Shown: positions 39,372 to 48,407 of the stretch, in pieces
How positions within the stretch are numbered: the first letter of the stretch is position 1
Layout of the letters: every line of letters begins with the position of its first letter
Source of the DNA: a virus
Virus record (IMG/VR): IMGVR_UViG_3300045988_122657
Span: 25,488 to 89,487 of that record
DNA: 64,000 nt
Strand: one strand, 5' to 3'
Notes under the pieces: generated by a model
The model's database searches: none
What the model saw: only the letters and a program-made list of their open reading frames with translations
Told to the model about the DNA's origin: nothing
Made by a program: the position numbers and the translations under genes

Positions 39372-39385
39372 ACATATACCTTCCT

Positions 39386-40414
39386 TTATTCTGTCATAAT
39401 TTGATGTACACGATAATTCTTATAGTCCTCATCTTTATATAGATAACCAATAGTTTTACCAATTACAGTTTGACGATCACTAAATTGTTTCTTTTTTATT
39501 CTATATGATATATAATAATTATAATAAAATTCAATTGCAATTTCACTAAATTGACGTGCGATTACAGATCGTGCGATTCCTTCTTTTGATTTAATATAAT
39601 ACAAATCTGCAATTGCCTTGATATCCATTTTAGATTTTAAATATTGTATAAAACCAGAATTAATAACATCAATGGTTGTCAATTTCTCATAAGATAAAGT
39701 GTTACCAGTTAATTCTAATTGAGACTGCACATTATTATATATCCTCTTTTGCTCTGCTTGATATTCTTCTATATTATTACATTTTTTTCGTGGTATTAAT
39801 ACAAAATCATCATATATATTCGTATCTCCCATTTTCAATTTATATTCATTCAATGTCTCGATAAAATCTTTGGAGACTGGTTTCCCAAAAATTGTTAAAT
39901 CATTTTGATTAATATTTGAGAATTTTAGATTTCTTAACTCCTTTCCATTTATCCCATTATATAAACTCACAATATGAAATCTAGTATTCAATTTGGTATC
40001 GGCTGATGCATTGCACGACATCAGATTCGAAATAAACGCATTTATTTTATCTGGTGTAACATAATTAACATTAACTCTATTTGAAAAATATATATCAACT
40101 GCTAATTGCAAGTTTATAAATTTATCATTAACAAATGGATTATATTTAATGTAATTTTGTTCATATGCATAAGTATATAGTTTAACGAGCTGGTCATATC
40201 TTTTTTTAATAGAATTCATACTTTTGGTTTTTTTACCTCTAGTATCTGATAATATAGCCTCTTGGATTGTACCTGGTGCATACGTTAACCCAGATTCATT
40301 GTCATCCGCAATATCAGAATCTAATAACCAATTCCATGTTGGGCGACGTGATTCTGATACGTGAGAATCTATATAATTTTGTATCAATTCTTTATTATTC
40401 ATAATATTCTCCAT
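39386..40414 (-). CDS. hypothetical protein (342 aa)
   Basis: Start follows the MazF-like gene's stop by 3 nt (co-transcribed). Confidence 0.45.
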   Translation of the reverse strand: MENIMNNKELIQNYIDSHVSESRRPTWNWLLDSDIADDNESGLTYAPGTIQEAILSDTRGKKTKSMNSIKKRYDQLVKLYTYAYEQNYIKYNPFVNDKFINLQLAVDIYFSNRVNVNYVTPDKINAFISNLMSCNASADTKLNTRFHIVSLYNGINGKELRNLKFSNINQNDLTIFGKPVSKDFIETLNEYKLKMGDTNIYDDFVLIPRKKCNNIEEYQAEQKRIYNNVQSQLELTGNTLSYEKLTTIDVINSGFIQYLKSKMDIKAIADLYYIKSKEGIARSVIARQFSEIAIEFYYNYYISYRIKKKQFSDRQTVIGKTIGYLYKDEDYKNYRVHQIMTE

Positions 40415-40416
40415 TT

Positions 40417-40866
40417 CTAGGATGCCATTGCATTCATGTACGATAACATGCCGTTTTGTATTAAAATGCCATGCCCTATTTTTAACATTAAAGATAGATC
40501 AGATATTCTTCCCCAATACTCTAAAAGATTATTCTTTGGAATTGTTCTTCCTTGCTCTAAATACACTTGTGATACCATTTTTAATCCATTACTGGTATTT
40601 GGATAAATGGTCACATGTGTCGGTATCCAGTTCCTTAATTTTTTTGTAATTGGATACACGTTAATCTCTGTGCTCGTATTGTTACAAATATTATTAGAAT
40701 AGACAATAACTGGTCTTTTTCCATGCAAGATATGGCTACCTTCGATTTTCGGCAAATCTGCAAAATATATGCCCCAAACTTGAGGATTTTGATATTTGCC
40801 ATATACATATTCTTTTCTTTTTCTGTTATCGTTTCCTTTTCTTTCTTTGTTAGTATATCCGTTCAT
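40417..40866 (-). CDS. MazF/PemK-family endoribonuclease toxin-like protein with K/R-rich N-terminal extension
   Basis: 'IYFADLPKIEGSHILHGKRPVIVYSNNICNNTSTEINVYPITKKLRNWIPTHVTIYPNTSNGLKMVSQVYLEQGRTIPKNNLLEYWGRISDLSLMLKIGHGILIQ' follows the MazF/PemK consensus (G.I..adL.p..GsE..g.RP.vV.S...........v.PiT.k.......hV.i......GL...S.v.l.Q.Rt.....L....G.i). First gene after promoter-repeat copy 2. Confidence 0.7.
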   Translation of the reverse strand: MNGYTNKERKGNDNRKRKEYVYGKYQNPQVWGIYFADLPKIEGSHILHGKRPVIVYSNNICNNTSTEINVYPITKKLRNWIPTHVTIYPNTSNGLKMVSQVYLEQGRTIPKNNLLEYWGRISDLSLMLKIGHGILIQNGMLSYMNAMAS

Positions 40867-40915
40867 TTTACGTCCCTCAACTTTCCCCAGTTGTATTTTT
40901 TATTTTCATGAATTA

Positions 40916-40973
40916 AATATACCATACTTTTTGCACCCTGTCAATAGGTGCAAGAAAGAAAGTTAATTTTTAT
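40916..40973 (-). promoter_or_regulatory. strong sigma-A-type promoter embedding palindrome TTGCACC-N9-GGTGCAA (copy 2 of 2)
   Basis: On the minus strand: -35 TTGACA (plus 40939-40944), 17-nt spacer, TG-extended -10 TATATT (plus 40916-40921). Core ~50 nt is identical to 1801-1852 apart from 3-4 substitutions. Confidence 0.6.
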
Positions 40974-41025
40974 TATGAACAAAGAATCTCTACATTTCTT
41001 ATTATAATGCTACCATAGAACAAAA

Positions 41026-41346
41026 TCAAGATATTTTTCGAACAAATGTTCTCTTTTTGTTCGAACACTTTACTTTGTGCTTACTTGGAAGTGGAAAATA
41101 CTGTCTGATTTTATGCGGCTTGTCTAATTTCCACCTCTTTTCTTCAAAGTCATAGTCACAAAAATCAAGCACTTCGTCCACATATCCATCATTATATCTG
41201 TAATCTACAATCACAGGATATGTTTTATATCTCATATAACGTGATGCGTTATCTGGTTTCAATGGTGGAATCTCTGCTGAAATCCACATAAGATTCTGGT
41301 TTACTTTCTTTTCTTCCTTATTTTGTCTAATCGTATTTATCTTCAT
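41026..41346 (-). CDS. hypothetical protein
   Basis: 106-aa ORF. Confidence 0.4.
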   Translation of the reverse strand: MKINTIRQNKEEKKVNQNLMWISAEIPPLKPDNASRYMRYKTYPVIVDYRYNDGYVDEVLDFCDYDFEEKRWKLDKPHKIRQYFPLPSKHKVKCSNKKRTFVRKIS

Positions 41347-41358
41347 ACAAAATTCTCC

Positions 41359-42105
41359 TTACAAAATTCTAATAATCTGCTCATAAATTGCAATCGCATT
41401 ATCTTCTGGAAAGTTCTGGTTCACATGCATGTGTCCAAAGAACCACTTTTTATATTTAACAGATTCTTTAATCTCTTGCAAATAATCCGTCAATATATCT
41501 GCTTTATACACTCCTGATACTTGATCCATTTGATGTAATGCAGATGTGTATGGACTATGTGTAATTATATAATCCACTTGCGATCCATTCTGCTCCAGAT
41601 TCATCATACCTTCTGTCATTTCTTCTTCTGAAGGCAACTCCTCTTTCCACCATGACGTATGATTGATCCTAAACATTTTGTCATAATCACGATACCACTC
41701 ATTAATTCTTGGATCGTCTTGCTCTAAAATCCCATCCTGAACATCGTGAGAACTAGCTCCACCAAACGTAAAGAATCTCTTTCCCTGGATATCAAATATC
41801 TGCCCTCGCATGAGATGAAAAATAGAATCACGAATCTTATGAACCTTTCCGCCATTCCATTCTTCTACAGGATATTCGTACAGCCGATCATAATTCTCAT
41901 GGTTCCCACATACAAACAAAGTAGTAAATGGTTTGTTGTCCAACCATTCCAGATTATGTCGTTCTTCTTTTGTGTCATGCCACAATCCAAAATCTCCGCA
42001 AATGATCACGTAATCATCTTTAGTTAACTCTACTCCTTCTGGGAAAGAATGACTGTTTAATCGAGTCATCCAATCCCCATGCGTATCTCCTGTTACAAAT
42101 ATCAT
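41359..42105 (-). CDS. calcineurin-like metallophosphoesterase
   Basis: Motifs 'GDTHGD', 'ICGDFGLW' and 'GNHENY'. Confidence 0.7.
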   Translation of the reverse strand: MIFVTGDTHGDWMTRLNSHSFPEGVELTKDDYVIICGDFGLWHDTKEERHNLEWLDNKPFTTLFVCGNHENYDRLYEYPVEEWNGGKVHKIRDSIFHLMRGQIFDIQGKRFFTFGGASSHDVQDGILEQDDPRINEWYRDYDKMFRINHTSWWKEELPSEEEMTEGMMNLEQNGSQVDYIITHSPYTSALHQMDQVSGVYKADILTDYLQEIKESVKYKKWFFGHMHVNQNFPEDNAIAIYEQIIRIL

Positions 42106-43052
42106 AAAATAACTCCTTCCAGCAGCTCTTTTAGTGCCTGCATATTGTCCTCATGTACCCTATCATTTTGATCTGCATCATCCTTACCAGTCTCATAAGC
42201 ACACTTGATAATCTCCATAACTCTATCATAACTCACATTAATAACATTTTCCTTTAATCCGTTAAATGCTCCGCTGATAATATCCTTATACGTCTGAGCA
42301 ATATCATCGAACAATACATGTGTTTCCTCTTCTGTAATTGTAGCATATAAAAACGTCATTGCAGGACTACTATGATTCAGTAATCTCATAAGTGTATACA
42401 ATACATTCTGATCATCCTTATGATCAACAAGTGTCCAGTATACAAAGTTTTTTCGCAATGTATGTGTACCAATGTTATCCTCAATTCCAACTGCCTTAGC
42501 ACCTTTTTTAACAAAATCCAAAGCATTTGCTTCAGTCATGTGTCCTGATCCAGACTTACATGTTCCGAAAACATAATCATCCATTGGCACTTTGCCATCA
42601 ATCTTGACATCATATTTAGTTCCTGCAACAGCTTCAAAGAAAATATCCACTGCTTCAGTTACCAAATCGTTAAAGTATACAGTTCTGAATTTCTTTGTTT
42701 TCTTTTCCTGCTTACGAGTCTTATCGTCTAATAAATCGCCCCATTTGAGTCTGACGATATCAGAGATACGATATGCTGTATTGTTTCCAACTGCAACTAA
42801 AAGATTGTTTCTGGCAGCTACATATCGTTTGTACTCTGTGTACGATTTATCAATCTGGTCTCTAAAATATGCATTAAAGGCTGCAAATTGTTTTCTGTCC
42901 TTGATCGGATACACTAAAGATGATACGCCTTTTTGTTTGTTAGATCGAGTCCATTTAGGACTTCCATCCTTACGTCTTTTAATCTTTGTTTCAGATTCTT
43001 CTGCGTTATTATTGTTTACTGTTTCAATAACTTCAAACTGTGTTGCTGCCAT
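42102..43052 (-). CDS. tyrosine recombinase / phage integrase family protein
   Basis: C-terminal catalytic region 'IGTHTLRKNFVYW...LLNHSSPAMTFLYA' (H-x-x-R ... H ... Y) plus N-terminal core-binding-type region. Confidence 0.65.
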   Translation of the reverse strand: MAATQFEVIETVNNNNAEESETKIKRRKDGSPKWTRSNKQKGVSSLVYPIKDRKQFAAFNAYFRDQIDKSYTEYKRYVAARNNLLVAVGNNTAYRISDIVRLKWGDLLDDKTRKQEKKTKKFRTVYFNDLVTEAVDIFFEAVAGTKYDVKIDGKVPMDDYVFGTCKSGSGHMTEANALDFVKKGAKAVGIEDNIGTHTLRKNFVYWTLVDHKDDQNVLYTLMRLLNHSSPAMTFLYATITEEETHVLFDDIAQTYKDIISGAFNGLKENVINVSYDRVMEIIKCAYETGKDDADQNDRVHEDNMQALKELLEGVIL

Positions 43053-43078
43053 GATAATCTCTCCTCTCTTAATTATTC

Positions 43079-43411
43079 TTACACTCTCTTAATTACTTTT
43101 TCTATTTCCTGTGCCAACAGAAAATCATTTATTGCATTTTCATCGTCAGTAATCAATGTATATTTCCATACTGGGGAACCATGATATGATATATCTTCAA
43201 CCTTAAATAATGCTCTTTTACCAGTGTTATTTTCTCTATGATCTGACTCCAATAACTCTGTATGAATTCCCCAACTATCATATAGATGTCCATCGTATAG
43301 TATTTGAGCCGCAGCTATTAATATATTATATTTACTCACATCAACCTCTGTATTCACTGTTCCGTATAATTTCATTGTTCCAATCTCCTCTCTAATTATT
43401 GCACTGTTCAC
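43079..43411 (-). CDS. hypothetical protein
   Basis: 110-aa ORF. Confidence 0.45.
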   Translation of the reverse strand: MNSAIIREEIGTMKLYGTVNTEVDVSKYNILIAAAQILYDGHLYDSWGIHTELLESDHRENNTGKRALFKVEDISYHGSPVWKYTLITDDENAINDFLLAQEIEKVIKRV

Positions 43412-43554
43412 GTACTTCTGGTCTAATTTCTACTTCAATTAATTCCATAATTCTCACTCCTATTCTCTAAATTTAGGCAAAATAAAAAGAAGCCCATAAG
43501 CTTCTCAAAATTGCCATTATTCAGTTTGCAATTATCATCATCCGTCATACAGGT

Positions 43555-44277
43555 TTATCCTGTCATCTGCTTCTCAAAAAGCTGTCTTTCTAACACATCG
43601 AAATCATAGTTACGATCACACTCTAAGTGTGGAAGGTTTGTTACCTTGGACTTTTGTTTAGCGTTCTTCTTAGCCTGATTACGTTCCCAGTTTCGTACTG
43701 CTGCCTTCCAGTCTTGCATTTTGCTATTGCCCATCATCCAGTCTTTGGCTGTGTAATAATCCACAAACTCTTCTGGATCAATTCCATTGTGTCTCTGCTG
43801 GCAATATCTGGAGACTTGCTCGCAATCAGGCGGTGTGAATCGCTTTATATTATTATTATTATATTTATTATTATTCTTTACTTTCTTTTTATGTGTCGCT
43901 TCTGCGTCGTTTTGGTGTCGTTTCTGTGTAGTTTTTTCATCTACAAAACCTTGATAAACACTGTAATTTACTATGGTTATGACTGTCTTTTTAGTGTCGC
44001 TTTTTACATGTATGATACTGTCGTTTTCCAGTGTCTTTAAAAATTTGACAACCTTTGAATTACTCCATCCCCATCGATCACACAATCTTCTGATCGAAGT
44101 AACTACCGATCCTCGCTCAACTGTTTCTAAATTTCCATCAATGTATTTCGATTGATCATTATATCCTGCGAGAATCAATAAGTCAATCATTGCTTGTCCT
44201 CTGGCAAATGGTTTATCTTCCCATAGCCAATGATCTGTAATTTTCCGATGGAGTTTAATCCATCCTGTGTTACTCAT
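43555..44277 (-). CDS. replication-initiator-like HTH protein (phage replisome organiser N-terminal type)
   Basis: 'GWIKLHRKITDHWLWEDKPFARGQAMIDLLILAGYND...' resembles the WIKLHRK-type N-terminus of Firmicutes phage/plasmid replication initiators; basic C-terminus. Confidence 0.4.
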   Translation of the reverse strand: MSNTGWIKLHRKITDHWLWEDKPFARGQAMIDLLILAGYNDQSKYIDGNLETVERGSVVTSIRRLCDRWGWSNSKVVKFLKTLENDSIIHVKSDTKKTVITIVNYSVYQGFVDEKTTQKRHQNDAEATHKKKVKNNNKYNNNNIKRFTPPDCEQVSRYCQQRHNGIDPEEFVDYYTAKDWMMGNSKMQDWKAAVRNWERNQAKKNAKQKSKVTNLPHLECDRNYDFDVLERQLFEKQMTG

Positions 44278-44336
44278 GGCATCGCTCCCCTCTATATGTG
44301 GAGATAAAATTCTCCTTTAATACCTACATATATTTA

Positions 44337-44552
44337 TTATTCGTCAACATAATAATCACGTTTAAACTCTTCATAAGTCATAACACGTTTCCCACAGTTT
44401 CTACAAGTCATAGTCTTTCTATAGTTGTACTCTGTAACACCTTCTTCTTCCAGCTCTCCATTGCCTGTATATAAATCGTATCCTTTCATATAAATTCTGT
44501 GCTCTAAACCTGACTCACTTCCACAATGAGGACATTTGATTTTTTTTCGCAT
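44337..44552 (-). CDS. small zinc-ribbon protein
   Basis: 'CPHCGSESG ... CRNCGKRV'. Confidence 0.45.
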   Translation of the reverse strand: MRKKIKCPHCGSESGLEHRIYMKGYDLYTGNGELEEEGVTEYNYRKTMTCRNCGKRVMTYEEFKRDYYVDE

Positions 44553-44579
44553 ATATTAACCACCTATCAAATTTTCGTT

Positions 44580-45308
44580 TTATTCTTCATCAAGTTCCAT
44601 ATGATTTACATCAACAGGATTCTCTAATTTTAAAATATCTTCTTTCTGTTCTACAAGAGCCTGTTGAGCTATTGCATTAATTTTATTCTGTGCAAAAGCC
44701 TCGATTTCTCCTTTAGCTTCTGTAATTGTTTTGTCTATCTGATTTTGGAATTGATCAAAGATAAATTTTGAACTAGATTCCATACCTTGAGTCACGTTGG
44801 CAAGTCTTCTCAGAATCATTTCTCGATCACCTTTTCCAATAGATTTCTTCGTAGTAAAAAGCTCCTTGACTTCATCATAAAATTCTTTTGCATCGCTCAT
44901 ACGCTCGTTCATAGACTCTTTAAATTCATTTGTTATCTGCTGTCTTTTATTGATAAAATCCGCTTCGTTAATACGTCCTTTACCACGTAAATATTTAATA
45001 GTACATGGAGTACCTGTTCCAACATTCATAGAAGTAATTAATTCCGCAAATTGTGATTGCGACATTTCTACTTCCAGAATCTCATCTTCTCCAACATACC
45101 AATCATCATTGAGTCCCCTTGTAACCACACCTTCCCTTAATACCATATGGATTGTATCGTTATGCTGAATGCTACTGCCAAATAAATTGCTATGCCCGCC
45201 ATGAGTACGATTGAATGATAACATTCCAAATGATGGATGTTTATATGATGTTCCAAGAGCATCTTCTGATATTATATAATCTCCTTCTTTCCTAGCATTT
45301 TCTCTCAT
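44580..45308 (-). CDS. hypothetical protein
   Basis: 242-aa ORF. Confidence 0.45.
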   Translation of the reverse strand: MRENARKEGDYIISEDALGTSYKHPSFGMLSFNRTHGGHSNLFGSSIQHNDTIHMVLREGVVTRGLNDDWYVGEDEILEVEMSQSQFAELITSMNVGTGTPCTIKYLRGKGRINEADFINKRQQITNEFKESMNERMSDAKEFYDEVKELFTTKKSIGKGDREMILRRLANVTQGMESSSKFIFDQFQNQIDKTITEAKGEIEAFAQNKINAIAQQALVEQKEDILKLENPVDVNHMELDEE

Positions 45309-45327
45309 TTATCCAACTTCCTTTCTA

Positions 45328-45831
45328 TTAAAGTTTCATTTCATCTATACGATCGTCACATTCCCATACCGCTTCATAGCAGACATCTAATATATCTCTT
45401 ACGATTTGTTTCCTTTGACTTAACTTTGCTTCTCTTTTTTCAATATCCTCTTTATCACGCAATAAATACATATATTTTTGATACGGCATATTTGTATCTG
45501 TTAGTTTTTCTTCTATAGCGATCCTTTCATCAATTACTTTTCTTAGTTTATTACCTAATTCCTTATTCTTGTCTTTAAGCGCTTTGATAATTGCATATCC
45601 ATACATCCTTTGATATTTAGACTCAAATTTTCCATCTTTGAATTCATAACGATCCTCAACCTTACAAGCATCTAAAATCTTATCTCCGTTTTCTCTGCAC
45701 TCATTTAACAATTCTAATAAACTCTGTTCATTATCAAATGTCGCATAGCCAATTCCATCCTCTTTTGTTTCATAAACACACATATATGGTTTTTCTGATG
45801 TATATGCTTTAGATTTTTCCATTTTAAACAC
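45328..45831 (-). CDS. hypothetical protein
   Basis: 167-aa ORF. Confidence 0.45.
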   Translation of the reverse strand: MFKMEKSKAYTSEKPYMCVYETKEDGIGYATFDNEQSLLELLNECRENGDKILDACKVEDRYEFKDGKFESKYQRMYGYAIIKALKDKNKELGNKLRKVIDERIAIEEKLTDTNMPYQKYMYLLRDKEDIEKREAKLSQRKQIVRDILDVCYEAVWECDDRIDEMKL

Positions 45832-45846
45832 TCCTTTTTAATTCCT

Positions 45847-46203
45847 TTATTTCTTACAAGCTACAATGCAAGTTAGCTCTTTAAAGAACGGTTGATCTTT
45901 AACCTGATTTAATAAATAATATACATCCAAATTGATCATATCTTTTTCGGATTTATCTATACTATATATTATTAAATATTCCAGTTTGTCACTCCAATTC
46001 TCAACAATTCCTAAATATTTTTCCATTTCCTCTTTAATGCTCTGCGAATCATCTAAAATAAAATTATCACATCTTGAAAACAGACTGCGAGAAATATTTT
46101 CATCTTCAAATATGATTACAAAACATTTTTCTGATCGAGAACTATCAATAAAATCACTGAGAAATTTAGATTTTCCGTTCCCTTTTAATGTTAATATATT
46201 CAT
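45847..46203 (-). CDS. hypothetical protein
   Basis: 118-aa ORF. Confidence 0.45.
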   Translation of the reverse strand: MNILTLKGNGKSKFLSDFIDSSRSEKCFVIIFEDENISRSLFSRCDNFILDDSQSIKEEMEKYLGIVENWSDKLEYLIIYSIDKSEKDMINLDVYYLLNQVKDQPFFKELTCIVACKK

Positions 46204-46241
46204 TTTTCCATCACTCCTTCTGATCGAATATTTGTTTTATT

Positions 46242-46727
46242 CTAGTATCCAATATTCGTTTCCTTTTCTAATTCTGCTACAAAATTGTCCAATTTCTCAT
46301 ATTTATCAATAATGTACAACACTTCTTCTTTAGTCAAAAGTCGCCATTCGCCAGTTTTATCATTCTTAAATTGTAATTTTCTATTTATGCGATTAATCCA
46401 TACAGGAATTCCAAATGTTATTCCAGAGTATTTATCCATTAAATACAAACATTTGTCAACCACCTTCCTATATTCCTTGGCTTCTTCTTTTCTTTTTTCT
46501 AATTTATTCATCAATTTTCCACCTTCATTATTATCTTGATTACACATCAATTGGAACAATTCTTCATAACACTCAGAACACAAATAAATCGGCTGTGTGC
46601 TAGTATATTTTCCATTCTTATATTCAAACACAATCTTCTTCATACTCTTATCATTGTCAGAATACTTCCTACATTCAACACATGATCCAAATTCATCTGG
46701 CAAATTTGCCACATTATATATTTTCAT
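46242..46727 (-). CDS. hypothetical protein with Cys pairs (CVECRK...CSECYE)
   Basis: 161-aa ORF. Confidence 0.45.
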   Translation of the reverse strand: MKIYNVANLPDEFGSCVECRKYSDNDKSMKKIVFEYKNGKYTSTQPIYLCSECYEELFQLMCNQDNNEGGKLMNKLEKRKEEAKEYRKVVDKCLYLMDKYSGITFGIPVWINRINRKLQFKNDKTGEWRLLTKEEVLYIIDKYEKLDNFVAELEKETNIGY

Positions 46728-46744
46728 AATTATATCACACCTTT

Positions 46745-47839
46745 CTATTCTTCTGAAATAATTTCCACCGCAGCTTCATAGAATCTATTATATAAAGTTG
46801 CATTGGTTTTAATAAGCTGAGATTTAGACAGCCCATGAGCATATTCATCCCAGTTAACACCATTCTCTGTCATCTTGGTATAGATTTTCCGATAAACAGA
46901 CGTTCCACCTTTAGATTTATTTCCAATATGATTAGCATAATTGGTAATCTTAATCTTCATTTCATCCCAATCAGGCTGTGCGTTCTCTTTTCGGAACTGT
47001 CGCAGAAGTTTTTCCAATGAATTAACCAATAGGTCAGGATATTTGTCATAGCAAAGATCAATCGTTGGTACATTACCTCTTTCCCCGATATTATACTTCT
47101 CTTTGTATTCTTTCCGATCCTGTTCCCACACAATTCCATATGTGTTAGTAAGATACCTGTATGTTTCTTTAAGAATATCTCTTGTAGTAGTTCCTAGTTC
47201 GTCAGATTCTTTTAGAATATCATCAATGATAGAGTAGACATTAGATTTCCATTCATTGAGCTTGTATTCTGCGATAACACTTTCCGTATCCACTACTGGA
47301 ATATCTTTCGTAGGCTTGCCGATCTGCTTATATAATTCTTTCCGCTCCGCTTTCATTTCTTTAACAATGTCTGCCAGCTGATTAAATCCTTTAATAGTAA
47401 CCTTATACAGGCGTTCGTTGTTTCTTTCCATCTGTTTCATAAGTTCTGTCTGTTCTGTAAGAAACTGTTCTACTGTTGTTACTGGAGTTCCTATTCTTAA
47501 ATTTCCATGACGATAAGCTGCAATCACGTCCCATACCCAATCCATAAAAGCATTTGCCTTCGGTTGTCTGCTCCATCTGCAAATTTCCATCACACCACGT
47601 TCACTATAAAGTGTAGTATCATACTTCTTGTTATCAGTAGCCCCCAGTTTGAGGGTAACTGAATATTTATCCAGTCTACCTCTATACCTATTATGCAAAT
47701 TATCAATTGCTTTCTGTGGATCACTGTATTCCAGTGCCTCTCCGATCTGTTTTCTTGTCATCCAAATATCGTCCTCAGCACTATAAAAATCACACGTTAT
47801 ATCGTTAAAATTTTCCGTTTTTACTAACTGTAGGTTCAT
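46745..47839 (-). CDS. hypothetical protein, possible antirepressor-type N-terminal domain
   Basis: N-terminus 'FNDITCDFYSAEDDIWMTRKQIGEALEYSDPQKAIDN' loosely resembles Bro-N/ORF6N-type phage antirepressor domains. Confidence 0.4.
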   Translation of the reverse strand: MNLQLVKTENFNDITCDFYSAEDDIWMTRKQIGEALEYSDPQKAIDNLHNRYRGRLDKYSVTLKLGATDNKKYDTTLYSERGVMEICRWSRQPKANAFMDWVWDVIAAYRHGNLRIGTPVTTVEQFLTEQTELMKQMERNNERLYKVTIKGFNQLADIVKEMKAERKELYKQIGKPTKDIPVVDTESVIAEYKLNEWKSNVYSIIDDILKESDELGTTTRDILKETYRYLTNTYGIVWEQDRKEYKEKYNIGERGNVPTIDLCYDKYPDLLVNSLEKLLRQFRKENAQPDWDEMKIKITNYANHIGNKSKGGTSVYRKIYTKMTENGVNWDEYAHGLSKSQLIKTNATLYNRFYEAAVEIISEE

Positions 47840-48062
47840 TCTTTATCTTCCTTTCTAAACTGTCTTATTTTTCTCTATACTCATTATTTTTATATAGCTG
47901 TATTCCGTAAACTAATAGAAATAAAATCAACATTTAATTCCAACTATTAGTGTGCCAATCCTAATAGAAACCTATTCTATTCCTATTAGTTCTCTATATA
48001 ATCAACACCTTACCTATTAACAATTCTATGTTTAGTTAATCATTAGTTTGTGTATAATAAAT

Positions 48063-48141
48063 TTGACAAAGAACCGACCTGCCAAATCGGTTCCTGTCAA
48101 ATATTTCCGTAAAATAAAAAGAACCTTCCGTTCGGTTCTTT
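48063..48141 (-). terminator. tandem hairpins; the second is a rho-independent terminator for the minus-strand gene ending at 48162
   Basis: Hairpin 1 (48063-48103) is the imperfect palindrome TTTGACAAAGAACCGA/TCGGTTCCTGTCAAA. Hairpin 2 (48118-48141) is AAAGAACC-loop8-GGTTCTTT followed by a U-run (UUAUUUU) on the minus strand. Confidence 0.5.
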
Positions 48142-48161
48142 GCCAAAATTATTATATGGAA

Positions 48162-48407
48162 TTAAATCAGCTGATAAATAAGCATTCCGAAAGCTACGAT
48201 AACCCATAATGTCGTAATTGCTTTCATAGGCTTCATAATAGCCTCTAATATTTCTTCTGATATGCCTATATACTTCTTTAAATATACTTGATTATATTCA
48301 TGGTCAATTTTTCTTAATAAAATCCACGTCAAGAAAATAATCACATATAATACAAAAGATATTCCGCAGAACTGTTCAAAGAAATGAACAACTTGTTCTA
48401 ATTCCAT
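48162..48407 (-). CDS. small membrane protein (2 TM)
   Basis: 'ISFVLYVIIFLTWILL' and 'ITTLWVIVAFGMLIYQLI'. Confidence 0.45.
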   Translation of the reverse strand: MELEQVVHFFEQFCGISFVLYVIIFLTWILLRKIDHEYNQVYLKKYIGISEEILEAIMKPMKAITTLWVIVAFGMLIYQLI

